A stretch of 64,000 bases of DNA from Clostridia bacterium (GCA_017462965.1 JAFTQC010000022.1:96242-160241), one strand, 5' to 3'. Positions 1 through 9,405 are shown, counted from the first letter of the stretch. Notes: generated from the sequence alone by a model not told the origin. Made by a program: numbers and translations.

Positions 1-357
1 ACGGTATTATAAATTTTTTGAATATCTGAAACTTTAATATCAACCAACTTTTTATCATGAATAGGGAGTAGGTAGTTGTTGAAAATAGTGTCATAGTCTC
101 TTAAAGTATCTTCAGATAGATTCTTTAGGTTGGCTCGCATTTCTTTGTAAGAATGAAACCAATCTTTAAATATAATAGAATCATTTTTTGATGTAAGACC
201 TTTTTCATGCTTGTATATAAACTCTGTCATTTGTTTCTCTAGTTCTTTTTTATCCTTGTTGTAAAGCCATTTTCGCTGTTCTTTGCCGTTTGAATCTCTA
301 CCTAAATAGACAATTGCAGCCCAACGATCTTTATATTTTCTAATATGACCTCGCATA
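1..357 (-). CDS. int: Phage tyrosine integrase, N-terminal part (gene continues past window start)
   Basis: My translation of minus strand from ATG at 355-357: MRGHIRKYKDRWAAIVYLGRDSNGKEQRKWLYNKDKKELEKQMTEFIY..., typical integrase N-terminal arm-binding domain; RBS aggagg upstream. Confidence 0.75.
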
Positions 358-462
358 TAATACCTCCTTTAAGTAAACGTTTGTTCCACTTGAAGAAGGC
401 ACAAAATTACTGTAAAATTAAGGCATCTTTCAAGTGATTTTTCATTTGTAATTAGAGAAGAG

Positions 463-498
463 ATAACGAACATCTTGGCGGGTGGCGTTATCTTTTTT
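463..498. terminator. Stem-loop gataacg...cgttatc followed by T-run
   Basis: 7-bp inverted repeat plus tttttt at 493-498. Confidence 0.35.
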
Positions 499-541
499 AT
501 TGTTTTTATTTATGTAGTAGAATATAATAATCATAAAGGAG

Positions 542-754
542 ATGATTATTATGAAAAGTAAATTTTTGTATTATTTTACTAAAATAAATACTTATGTTTT
601 TATAACGTGTCTTCTTTATTACATTCAAAAATTTATTATAAATATCTTTTTGAAAATTCCAGAAAACTTATTGCTAGAAGTTATTTATTTTGCTTTAGCT
701 CTCTTGTTTATAAAAAAGCATGTAATAATTGATTCTCCATATTTAAAAGATTAG
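542..754 (+). CDS. Small hydrophobic hypothetical protein
   Basis: ORF with aggag RBS; AT-rich, weak. Confidence 0.3.
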   Translation: MIIMKSKFLYYFTKINTYVFITCLLYYIQKFIINIFLKIPENLLLEVIYFALALLFIKKHVIIDSPYLKD

Positions 755-1827
755 TTAGTTATATCATCGATGGAAATTTGATTTTCATCGATTTTTTTAT
801 TTGGAGTTGTGCGTTCTTCATAAGGTGCATAAGCTTTTAAAATTTCTTTGTGTTTCTTTAAATCATTTTTTGATTTTAAAATTTCTTGATTATTTTGATT
901 TTTTTCTTTTATAAATTCTAATATTGAGCCAGCTAATCCTTTAGTATCAATATTAAATTTTACAGTTCCAAGTAATTCTAAATTAAATTTGGCACCAAAA
1001 AGAGCTAAAGATATTGCACCTAATACTAGGCCTCCTCCAGTAGCATACCCAATAAATTCAATTGGTCCTGGAGATTGTACATTTAATCTTAAATCTATAT
1101 CATTTTTATCATAAGATGACTCTGTTATGGTGTTGAATACGTCTAGAATACTTAATACTGAAGAAATAAAACTAATAATACTAGTTGCTGGAATGTTTGC
1201 GGTTGTTGTCACATCATATACTACATGAACTAAATCGTCTTTCACAAAAATAGGAGAGAGGGTTCTATCTATATAGTTACTGTATGCACAAGCATCGCTA
1301 ATTGCAGCATGTGAACACATTAGTTTGTATAAATATGGATCTAATAAATCTCTTTTTACAATTTTAATCCAATTTACGTTACGTCTTCTGTTATAAGTAC
1401 ATTCTGGATATGTGGATTCTTCTTGAAAATCTATTTTCTTTTCATATGGATATACAACATCATCAATTAATTCTCCAAAGGCAATTTGAAATGAATTTTC
1501 ACTAGGTATTAGAACAATATCACCAGGACGCATTTCATAAGTAAATCTCATTATTTGATTATAAATTGCACCTGGTCTTTTTTCTTTTTCTTCTTCATAG
1601 AGTTTTGCTATTTCTTCTAATCTTTCTTTTTCAGGCATTTGAGAATATACATTTATATCTTCAATTTTATCCCAGCCTAATGCTATATAGTTATTAAAAA
1701 GAAAATCTTCAAAAAATTTTCCACTTTCAGTTCTTACTAACCAATATTTTCTATTCTTATCAATTATAGGTATGTTAAGTAATTGACATATTAGTTGCAG
1801 TTCTTGTAATTCTTTTTCTTGCATCAT
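751..1827 (-). CDS. Hypothetical protein: N-terminal soluble domain (EVE/PUA-like motifs YWLV...GW...PGD) plus two C-terminal TM helices; candidate superinfection-exclusion/abortive-infection protein
   Basis: 358-aa ORF between integrase and repressor; hydrophobic segments IPATSIISFISSVLSILDVF and IEFIGYATGGGLVLGAISLALFGAKF. Confidence 0.6.
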   Translation of the reverse strand: MMQEKELQELQLICQLLNIPIIDKNRKYWLVRTESGKFFEDFLFNNYIALGWDKIEDINVYSQMPEKERLEEIAKLYEEEKEKRPGAIYNQIMRFTYEMRPGDIVLIPSENSFQIAFGELIDDVVYPYEKKIDFQEESTYPECTYNRRRNVNWIKIVKRDLLDPYLYKLMCSHAAISDACAYSNYIDRTLSPIFVKDDLVHVVYDVTTTANIPATSIISFISSVLSILDVFNTITESSYDKNDIDLRLNVQSPGPIEFIGYATGGGLVLGAISLALFGAKFNLELLGTVKFNIDTKGLAGSILEFIKEKNQNNQEILKSKNDLKKHKEILKAYAPYEERTTPNKKIDENQISIDDITN

Positions 1828-1886
1828 TTCGTTCCTTTCAAACTTTGTTTAGTTCTTTGGTAAATTAATTCATGTTAATATAAATG

Positions 1887-2756
1887 TTATTCGTTAATAA
1901 ATGTATTTGTCTCACGCAATTCATAATTTTCTGTTTTTTCAATGCAAAAATCTCTAAATAATATTCCTGTTGCAAGAGCATCAGATAAAGCACGATGAGC
2001 GTTATCTCTATATAAATTTGCATATTCACAGACAGTAGTAAGTTTATAGTTTTTTATATAATCTGGATTTATAACTTTTCGAGCTAGTTCTAAAACATCA
2101 TAAAATTTTCGTTTTTCAGAAAATAAATCTAAATTATTTACATATAAAAATTTCAAATCAAATTCTAAATTATACCCAACAATGTTAAATCCTTTTATAA
2201 ATTCTGAAAATGAATCAATTACTTCTGAGATATTAGGACAATTCTGTAGCATTTCATTAGTTATATTGTTAATCTTTGTTACTTCTTCTGAAATTTCTTT
2301 TTTAGGTTTTACTAAGGTCGTCATATATTCTGTTGGAGCATAGTTTTTGAATTTAATGGCAGATATTTCAATGATATCATCATTTTTAGATGATAAACCC
2401 GTTGTCTCAACATCTAACACTATAAAATCTTTAAATATTTGTTTAGAAGTTTTTTTAGTTATTTGTGAAAATTTATATTCAGGTATCTCTTTTAATATTT
2501 TTTTAATATAATCAGTGTTATTTTTGATATTGACAGTTTTGATGTCCATGGCATTTAGAGTATTATTGAACGAAAGCTTTATCTCTTCAATTCTTTGTTT
2601 TCTTTTTTCTTGATATTCTTTTTCTTGTTTTTGCTGTTCTGTTTTCGAATCCTTTTTTGACTTATGAACAATATAGATTATTATGCTTATTATTAAAAGT
2701 AAAAAAACAAAATCCATTACACCTGATTCTCCTCCTAAAAGTATATTTTTATTCAA
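1887..2756 (-). CDS. DnaQ-like DEDDh 3'-5' exonuclease with N-terminal TM anchor and coiled coil
   Basis: Motifs VLDVETTGL (Exo I), ...HRALSDA (Exo III); N-terminal FVFLLLIISIIIYIV. Confidence 0.7.
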   Translation of the reverse strand: MNKNILLGGESGVMDFVFLLLIISIIIYIVHKSKKDSKTEQQKQEKEYQEKRKQRIEEIKLSFNNTLNAMDIKTVNIKNNTDYIKKILKEIPEYKFSQITKKTSKQIFKDFIVLDVETTGLSSKNDDIIEISAIKFKNYAPTEYMTTLVKPKKEISEEVTKINNITNEMLQNCPNISEVIDSFSEFIKGFNIVGYNLEFDLKFLYVNNLDLFSEKRKFYDVLELARKVINPDYIKNYKLTTVCEYANLYRDNAHRALSDALATGILFRDFCIEKTENYELRETNTFINE

Positions 2757-3423
2757 ATATTTTGCTAATTCTAGCTTCTACAACTTTACCAATAATCTTA
2801 AAATTACAAGTATTGTCTAATTTTCTGGGTGGGTAATAAGAATTAAAAGCAACTAAATCTATGTGATCATCATATTTAACAATCTTTTTTACAGTTGCTT
2901 CTTCACCATCTATTAAAACAATTCCAATTTGCCCATTTTCTACATCATTTTGCTGGTGAACTATAACAATATCATTGTCATAAAGTACTGGTTGCATACT
3001 ATCGCCAGTAACTTTTAATGCAAAATAGTTTTCTGGGTCTGATACATCTTTATCTAAATAGATATATCCTATAAAATTTTCTTCCACTAAGTAGTTATAT
3101 CCAGCTTTTACTGTTCCTAAAAGAGGGAAGACTTTTTTGGAGTCGATTGTTGTTTTAAATTGTTCTTTATATTTTTCTTCATTCAGATAGATTAATTGAT
3201 CATCATCTAATTTTTTCATTAAAACATCTATATCCATATCCATAGCGTTTGCTAAGGCTTTTAATGTTTCAATACTGGGACTAATAGGTTTATTAGTAGA
3301 AGGGTTTATGTTTTTTTCGAGCATATGAATGTAGCTTCTACTAGTTCCTATTTTGTTTGCAAAATCCTGAAGGGATAAGTTGTGTTCGTCTCTATATTCT
3401 TTTATAATTTCTCCTAAATTCAT
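2749..3423 (-). CDS. CI-like phage repressor (XRE HTH + S24 LexA-like peptidase)
   Basis: MNLGEIIKEYRDEHNLSLQDFANKIG HTH; GDSMQP and K-containing S24 motifs; RBS aggagg; start chosen at internal ATG 3423. Confidence 0.85.
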   Translation of the reverse strand: MNLGEIIKEYRDEHNLSLQDFANKIGTSRSYIHMLEKNINPSTNKPISPSIETLKALANAMDMDIDVLMKKLDDDQLIYLNEEKYKEQFKTTIDSKKVFPLLGTVKAGYNYLVEENFIGYIYLDKDVSDPENYFALKVTGDSMQPVLYDNDIVIVHQQNDVENGQIGIVLIDGEEATVKKIVKYDDHIDLVAFNSYYPPRKLDNTCNFKIIGKVVEARISKIFE

Positions 3424-3439
3424 AGTAATTCCTCCTTTC

Positions 3440-3550
3440 TTACAGTAACATTGTACAATATATTTTACAAAAAAACAATAATTTTTGTAAAATATACTTG
3501 ACACAAAAAAACGATAATGCTATATTGTATTTGTACAGTAAATAGAACAA
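3440..3550. promoter_or_regulatory. Divergent cI/cro promoter-operator region
   Basis: Repeated TGTACAGTAA operator motif at 3440-3461 and 3532-3550; ttgaca(3498-3503)-17nt-tatatt(3521-3526) for cro. Confidence 0.6.
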
Positions 3551-3567
3551 ACAAAGGAGTGATATGA

Positions 3568-3759
3568 ATGAAGAATCGAGTTAAGGAATTTAGAGAACAA
3601 CAAGGAATGACACAAGAAGAATTGGCTGAAAAGTCTGGAATTTCAAGAACTACAATTTCAGGATTTGAAAATGGTACTATAGAAATAACAACTAATACAA
3701 CTATGGATAAAATTTCTAAAGCGTTGGGAAAGAAGACAAAAACTGTATTTTTTTTATAA
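3568..3759 (+). CDS. Cro-like XRE-family HTH regulator
   Basis: EFREQQGMTQEELAEKSGISRTTISGFENG; RBS aaaggag. Confidence 0.8.
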   Translation: MKNRVKEFREQQGMTQEELAEKSGISRTTISGFENGTIEITTNTTMDKISKALGKKTKTVFFL

Positions 3760-3763
3760 TCTG

Positions 3764-3781
3764 TGTACAGTAAATAGAACA
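3764..3781. promoter_or_regulatory. Third copy of 18-nt operator TGTACAGTAAATAGAACA
   Basis: Exact repeat of 3532-3549 located just downstream of cro, upstream of ttgaca(3803-3808). Confidence 0.5.
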
Positions 3782-3883
3782 CAATGAAGGCATAAAACAA
3801 TCTTGACAAACAAAAACCTGTTTCTACTAATAGGAAAATTGTAGAAATCTTATGGGAGAAAGTAAAAGAAAAGGGGTGATGAA

Positions 3884-4102
3884 ATGGATGGCAAAAAAAT
3901 CTTAAGAATAAATGAAGCAGCGCAATACTTAGGAGTTAATGAATCAACTTTGCGAACTGCTGCCAAAAACAATGAAATACCGTTTAGGAAATTTTCAAAC
4001 AAATATTATTTTAGTCTAACGGCTCTTGAGATTTGGGCTGGTGGACTAGACGTAAAAACAGAATTTGCGAAAGCTTTAGCAATACAATTACAAAATGCTT
4101 AG
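3884..4102 (+). CDS. Excisionase/MerR-like HTH DNA-binding protein
   Basis: INEAAQYLGVNESTLRTAAKNNEIPFRKFSNKYYF resembles excisionase-family HTH. Confidence 0.5.
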   Translation: MDGKKILRINEAAQYLGVNESTLRTAAKNNEIPFRKFSNKYYFSLTALEIWAGGLDVKTEFAKALAIQLQNA

Positions 4103-4117
4103 AAGGAGGTTTTACAA

Positions 4118-4378
4118 ATGAAAATAGTTAATAAGAAAAGATTTATAACGTTTATAATGACAAATTTAACAATTTTAGTTTTACTGTTTAATGTTTGTTT
4201 AGCAAAAACAGAAACTGTAACGGAAGATTATACAGTTGCAGCAGGTGATACACTTTGGTCTATCGCTTGTGAAAATGCTGAAACTGATATTAGAGAGTAC
4301 ATATATGAATTGAGAGAAATAAACAACTTAAACGATTGTATGATCTATCCAGGTCAAACAATAAAAATTATCAAATAG
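4118..4378 (+). CDS. Secreted LysM-domain protein
   Basis: N-terminal hydrophobic segment; YTVAAGDTLWSIA...IYPGQTIKI LysM. Confidence 0.6.
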   Translation: MKIVNKKRFITFIMTNLTILVLLFNVCLAKTETVTEDYTVAAGDTLWSIACENAETDIREYIYELREINNLNDCMIYPGQTIKIIK

Positions 4379-4394
4379 GAAGGAGTGAAAATTT

Positions 4395-4697
4395 ATGATG
4401 GAAGAAAAGTATGTAAAAGATATGTTAGAAGATATTAAAAATTTAGCTTTAAATGAGAATACAAAAGGAATTGTAGCAATGTGCGAAAACGAAATTGAAA
4501 TGATTGAGAAGCGTACATTAAAACAAGAGGTTACTGATGCAGTTAAATTGATTGAAGATGCAAAATATGAAATCACAAGACTTAGACATGATGATACAGA
4601 TGATTTATATAATCTTTTGAATAGCGCAAGTAAATTTTTAAGAAATTTAGCAATAAAAATAGAACCAAACACAACCACTGGAAATGAGAATGTTTAG
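4395..4697 (+). CDS. Hypothetical phage protein
   Basis: ORF with RBS ggaaggag. Confidence 0.5.
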   Translation: MMEEKYVKDMLEDIKNLALNENTKGIVAMCENEIEMIEKRTLKQEVTDAVKLIEDAKYEITRLRHDDTDDLYNLLNSASKFLRNLAIKIEPNTTTGNENV

Positions 4698-4773
4698 TTC
4701 CACAAAAATACTTATATAAATATTTTATATAAGTATCTTAACATAATTCAAAAATCAAATCAAGGAGGATGTT

Positions 4774-5172
4774 ATGAATAAAGTTGTTTTGATGGGGCGC
4801 TTGGCTAGAGACCCTGAGGTTAGATATACAAATACCAATAACACACTTGTATCATCTTTTCCATTAGCAGTTAATAGAAAATTTGCAAAACAGGGAGAAG
4901 ACAGGCAAGCTGACTTTATTAATATTGTTGCATGGGACAAGACTGGTGAATTTTGCAGTAAATATTTTAAAAAAGGTCAACAGGTTGCTGTGATTGGAAG
5001 AATACAAACAAGAAATTACGATGATAAAGATGGTAAAAAAGTCTATGTGACAGAGGTTATTGCTGAAGAAGCATATTTTGCTGAAAATAAAAAGGATTTA
5101 GTAAACAACGCTGGACCTTTTGATAATACAAATACAGCAGCTGCTATAACAGATGATGATTTACCATTTTAA
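4774..5172 (+). CDS. ssb: Single-stranded DNA-binding protein
   Basis: MNKVVLMGRLARDPEVRYT... OB-fold; acidic C-terminal DDDLPF tail. Confidence 0.9.
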   Translation: MNKVVLMGRLARDPEVRYTNTNNTLVSSFPLAVNRKFAKQGEDRQADFINIVAWDKTGEFCSKYFKKGQQVAVIGRIQTRNYDDKDGKKVYVTEVIAEEAYFAENKKDLVNNAGPFDNTNTAAAITDDDLPF

Positions 5173-5262
5173 TAAACATATTCAATATAAAAGAGCGTAG
5201 AAGCAAGTCAGGGCTACGATTAACTTGTTCTATGCTCTTTTATTTTATTAAGGCGGTGGAGA

Positions 5263-6096
5263 ATGGCTATATTTAGGAATGTACACATTTCTTTTTGGGA
5301 AGATTCAAAAGTTCAAGAAGAAATGGACAAAGATGAAAGGTACTTTTTTCTCTATCTTTTAACGAATCCTCACACTAGTCAAATAGGTTGTTATGAAATA
5401 ACAATTAGGCAGATGGAATACGAAACGGGGTTAGATAAAAGTGAAATTGAACGATACATAGAGAGATTTGAAAATGAACTTGGAATTATAGAATATTCAA
5501 AAACGACAAAGGAACTTTTAATAAAAAATTGGTATAAATACAATTTTAACAAAAGTCCAAAAATGTTTTCACATATAAAAAAAGAAATACAAAATATAAA
5601 AAATATACCATTTAAAAACTATATAGATACCATATCTATACCCTATATATACGGTAACGCAATAAGAATAATAAAAGAACAAGAAAAAGAAGAAGAACAA
5701 GAAGAATCAAAGAATCAAAATGGTGACAGTTGTGTTGACGGCTTTTTGGAAGATTCGAATTGTGCTGATAAAGTTTTTATGTTTTATGAGCAAAACATTG
5801 GGACTGTAAGCCCATACACATATGAATTATTAAATAGCTATCGTGTTGATGGATTTAATGATGAGATATTGATTTATGCGCTGCAACTTGCTGTAAATGC
5901 AAATGCTAAAAATAATAATTACATAAAAGCTATTTTGAATAATTGGAAGAAGTCAAATGTGAAAACGTTAATTGATGCACAGAATGAGAATAAAAAGAAA
6001 AATATAGATGTTTTGAGAAAAAAAGAAAAACCTAACAATGCATATGAAGCAAAAGAAATTGGCAATGAGGATCTTAGTAAATTTTATTTAAACTGA
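5263..6096 (+). CDS. Phage replisome organiser / DnaD-domain replication protein
   Basis: N-terminal replisome-organiser-like region; C-terminal DnaD-like segment YEQNIGTVSPYTYELLNSY...AIL NNWKK. Confidence 0.7.
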   Translation: MAIFRNVHISFWEDSKVQEEMDKDERYFFLYLLTNPHTSQIGCYEITIRQMEYETGLDKSEIERYIERFENELGIIEYSKTTKELLIKNWYKYNFNKSPKMFSHIKKEIQNIKNIPFKNYIDTISIPYIYGNAIRIIKEQEKEEEQEESKNQNGDSCVDGFLEDSNCADKVFMFYEQNIGTVSPYTYELLNSYRVDGFNDEILIYALQLAVNANAKNNNYIKAILNNWKKSNVKTLIDAQNENKKKNIDVLRKKEKPNNAYEAKEIGNEDLSKFYLN

Positions 6097-6162
6097 GGTT
6101 GACTTTTAAATGTTTTTGAATTAATCAAGGCTATAAAAAATATGTAAAGGGGTGTAGTACGA

Positions 6163-6483
6163 ATGATAAGTAATGAATGTAGAAGGGATTCGAACGAATC
6201 TGTTAATAAAAACAAGAGATATATGCAAATAAGAGAAATATTAAAAGATGGTAGAGAGATGTCAGCAAAAGAAGTAGCAGTGGAAATGTACAGAAGGGGT
6301 TATACAGATTCAAATGAGAGAAATTATTCAGCACCAAGGCTTACAGAACTTGAAACGATTCATAGATTAGTAAAAATAGTTAGAAAAAAGAGATGTCAAT
6401 ATACGGGAAAATCTGTTTCTGTATATAAATTAATTGATAATAAAGAAAAATGGGAGCAAATTAAATTAAATATGGAGGCATAA
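6163..6483 (+). CDS. Hypothetical phage protein (possible wHTH); true start may be 6223
   Basis: ORF track. Confidence 0.4.
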   Translation: MISNECRRDSNESVNKNKRYMQIREILKDGREMSAKEVAVEMYRRGYTDSNERNYSAPRLTELETIHRLVKIVRKKRCQYTGKSVSVYKLIDNKEKWEQIKLNMEA

Positions 6484-6720
6484 AATGGATGGTTTAAAAA
6501 TATTTGCTGTAATACTTGTAAGTTATTTTGCATCAATTGGTATTTACTTCACACTTCTCAGAATTTGGCTGACTATTGATGCTAACAAGAGAATAAGACA
6601 ATTAAAACGAGGAAGAAGGGAGCAATTAAAATGGAAGGAATAATAATAACAGCAATAATATGCGTAACTATAATAATTTTAGCTGATTAATATTAACAAA
6701 AGAAAGTAGTGTGATTAGGA

Positions 6721-7290
6721 TGAACTACGTTGAACCGATTAGAGATAAAAATTTGATAGATGATATGTGTACATATTTAAAAAATAAAAATAAACGTGAT
6801 TGTATTTTATTTATGTGCGGAATCTACATTCGGGCTTAGAGTTTCTGATTTGCTTTTGTTCAAAGTAAAAGATTTGAAGAAACGTAGACAGATCTCAATT
6901 AGAGAAAAGAAAACAGGAAAGCAGAAAATATTTAATATACCTGATGAATTTTATTCTATTCTAAATCAATATTTGGATACAAGGAATGATGATGAGTATC
7001 TTTTTAAAAGTAGGCAAGGAAATAAAGCAATTACAAGGGCGCGAGCATATCAAATTTTAAACAAGGCTGGGAAACATTTTAATTTAGAAAATATAGGAAC
7101 TCATACAATGCGAAAAACTTTTCGGATATTGGTATTACAAAACGTATAACGATATTGTAGGGCTTATGCAAATTTTAAATCATTCCAGCGAAGCAATTAC
7201 TAAAAGATATATTGGAATTGAGCAAGAAGAATTAAATAGAAAACAGAAGAAATTTAAACTGATTGATAAATTTAATTGGGAGGTAGGTTA
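6721..7290 (+). pseudogene. Small phage tyrosine recombinase (integrase-like) disrupted by two 1-nt frame shifts
   Basis: Three consecutive frames: 6721-6840 MNYVEPIRDKNLIDDMCTYLKNKNKRDCILFMCGIYIRA*, 6796-7149 ...GLRVSDLLLFKVKDL...HTMRKTF..., 7150-7290 GYWYYKTYNDIVGLMQILNHSSEAITKRYIGI (box II with catalytic Y); shifts at cggg (~6835) and ctttt (~7120). Confidence 0.65.
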
Positions 7291-7291
7291 A

Positions 7292-7621
7292 ATGAACATA
7301 GCAGAAGCAGAGAAAATAATTAAAAATAGTTTTCTTTTTAAAGATGCAAACGAACATATACAGCTAAAAGAAGCTATTAGCATAGTATTACAAGCATTAG
7401 AAAACAGCATAAGCAAAGACAATATAAAAGAGAAAATAGAAGAGCAAACAAAAAGAATAGATAAGTTACTAGAAGATGTGGTTGATAAAAGTATAGGTTG
7501 TATAAATGTATCGTATTTAAGTAAAAAAGAAAAAGAAGAGGTAATAAATAAACGTAACTGTTTGCTAGTTCAAAAAGCAACATTGCAACAAGTAAAAGAA
7601 GAACTACTAAAAGGAGAGTAA
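7292..7621 (+). CDS. Hypothetical phage protein
   Basis: ORF with RBS gggagg. Confidence 0.5.
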   Translation: MNIAEAEKIIKNSFLFKDANEHIQLKEAISIVLQALENSISKDNIKEKIEEQTKRIDKLLEDVVDKSIGCINVSYLSKKEKEEVINKRNCLLVQKATLQQVKEELLKGE

Positions 7622-7625
7622 AACA

Positions 7626-7865
7626 ATGGAAGAACTTAAACAACAAATAAAAAACGAAATTTTAATAGAATTAGGCTCGTGTATATCTGTTATACAAGAC
7701 ATTTTAATTGAAAATGGTTTAGTTACAGATAAAGAAATTGCACAAAAAATAAAAACTAAAAAAGAATTATATGAGGACGTAAAAAACAAAATTGAAAAAT
7801 TAAGCAGAGAACAAAGAGAAGAACTTATAAAAGAATTGGAAGGGCGATGTATATGGAAGAAATAA
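7626..7865 (+). CDS. Hypothetical phage protein
   Basis: ORF track. Confidence 0.45.
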   Translation: MEELKQQIKNEILIELGSCISVIQDILIENGLVTDKEIAQKIKTKKELYEDVKNKIEKLSREQREELIKELEGRCIWKK

Positions 7866-8173
7866 AAGTTGGAGAGTATGTGAGAACTGAACATGACGGA
7901 ATAGGTAAAATATTAGAAGTTAGATACATGCCATTAAGATATGTCTATGACGTAGTTGGAAACATTGCATTTACAGAGGATATAACAAAACACAGCTTCA
8001 ACATAATAGACTTGCTTGAAAAAAGGGATATAGCAACCTTTAAATTCAGAGGCTTAACAGTAACTAAACTGTTAAGTGAAGAAGATATTGCAGATTTAAA
8101 AAGTGGAGAATTAAAGCTTGTAAATGTGTTAACGCACGAACAATTTGAATCTATGAAGTATGAGGTGAAATGA
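7847..8173 (+). CDS. Hypothetical phage protein
   Basis: ORF track. Confidence 0.45.
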   Translation: MYMEEIKVGEYVRTEHDGIGKILEVRYMPLRYVYDVVGNIAFTEDITKHSFNIIDLLEKRDIATFKFRGLTVTKLLSEEDIADLKSGELKLVNVLTHEQFESMKYEVK

Positions 8174-8637
8174 AAATGAACGTAATTTTTTTAGATGTAG
8201 ATGGTGTATTAAATAATAAAGAACATATATTGAAGCTTGTTGAGTTACTAGGAAAAGAACAATATTTTCAATTACATAGAGATTTAGGTGAAATGCCTTT
8301 TGATTATCAAAGTTGTATGCTTCTACATGGATTAATTAATAAAACGGGTGCAGAAATCGTTTTATCAAGTACTTGGAGGTTAAGTCCAAAACATATAGAA
8401 GTATTAGAAAAATATACAGACTTAAAAATAAAAGATAAAACACCTAGATTAAATACTATTCGTGGTGAAGAGATAAAACAGTATTTAGAAGGACATAAAG
8501 AAATAACAAACTATGTAATTATAGATGATGATTCAGATATGCTAGAAGAACAAAAAAGTCACTTTGTAAAAGTTGATACAAAGAAAGGTCTTACAATGGC
8601 AGAGATAGTCGAATGTGAAAGAATATTATCATTATGA
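8170..8637 (+). CDS. HAD-superfamily hydrolase (5'(3')-deoxyribonucleotidase-like)
   Basis: Motif I FLDVDGVLN; VIIDDDSDM motif. Confidence 0.55.
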   Translation: MKMNVIFLDVDGVLNNKEHILKLVELLGKEQYFQLHRDLGEMPFDYQSCMLLHGLINKTGAEIVLSSTWRLSPKHIEVLEKYTDLKIKDKTPRLNTIRGEEIKQYLEGHKEITNYVIIDDDSDMLEEQKSHFVKVDTKKGLTMAEIVECERILSL

Positions 8638-8647
8638 GGTGATATAG

Positions 8648-8980
8648 ATGGAAGAAGATATAAAGATATTAGAAAATAAATTAAAGCAATGGGAACCATA
8701 TAAAAACACAAAATTTCCAACACCAATAGAAAAAGAGATACAAAAAGAGAACCGAGCTATAGAAAACTTACTAAACAAATACAGAGAACAAGAAAAAACA
8801 ATAGAACTTGCTTTAGATTGTTTATCAGTATGGGCTATGTGTGCAGATGATGAAGGTTGTTTTTGTACTGTAAAAGGGAAAGAGTGTAATGTAGTAGCTA
8901 ATGAAATTGAGGGGCAAGAACATACTACTTGTAAAGAATGTTTAATAGATTATTTTAAAAAGAAAGCTAGAGGTGAGTAA
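8648..8980 (+). CDS. Hypothetical phage protein (Cys-rich C-terminus)
   Basis: ORF track. Confidence 0.45.
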   Translation: MEEDIKILENKLKQWEPYKNTKFPTPIEKEIQKENRAIENLLNKYREQEKTIELALDCLSVWAMCADDEGCFCTVKGKECNVVANEIEGQEHTTCKECLIDYFKKKARGE

Positions 8981-9179
8981 TATGAATAAGGAATTTTTAA
9001 AACATAGATTAGAAATGGTGACAAAGCAAATACAAATATATAAAACAAATGCTATTGAAAGTATTGAAAAAGAAGAAATGATACCAGCAACATGTGATTT
9101 GCTTATTATGAGAGATTTGAAGGAACAACAATTATTACTAAAACAAATAGTAGAAAGCGAGGGGCAAAGCAATGAGTGA
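8973..9179 (+). CDS. Hypothetical phage protein
   Basis: ORF track. Confidence 0.4.
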   Translation: MSNMNKEFLKHRLEMVTKQIQIYKTNAIESIEKEEMIPATCDLLIMRDLKEQQLLLKQIVESEGQSNE

Positions 9180-9405
9180 AGCAGATAAGATGTTTGAAGA
9201 GTTAGGATATAAGAAATACGAAAATTATGAAAAAACTAGAGAAATATTTATATGCAAAGGTATAGATAAAATTGTTTTTGATAAAGAATATAAGTATTTT
9301 ACTACTTCAATAATTAATGATGGATATTATGAACTTATTAAGCGTGTGAAAATCAAAGAACTAAAAGCAATAAATAAAAAATGTGAGGAATTGGGGTGGA
9401 TATAA
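9172..9405 (+). CDS. Hypothetical phage protein
   Basis: ORF track. Confidence 0.4.
   Translation: MSEADKMFEELGYKKYENYEKTREIFICKGIDKIVFDKEYKYFTTSIINDGYYELIKRVKIKELKAINKKCEELGWI

Noticed and set aside
3465-3809. 114-aa minus-strand ORF overlapping cro
   Set aside because: It is antisense to a well-supported HTH gene and operator region, with a hydrophobic low-complexity translation typical of AT-rich antisense frames.
6721-7290. Programmed ribosomal frameshifting in the integrase-like gene
   Set aside because: Two independent shifts in opposite contexts would be needed. Homopolymer indels or pseudogenisation are more parsimonious.
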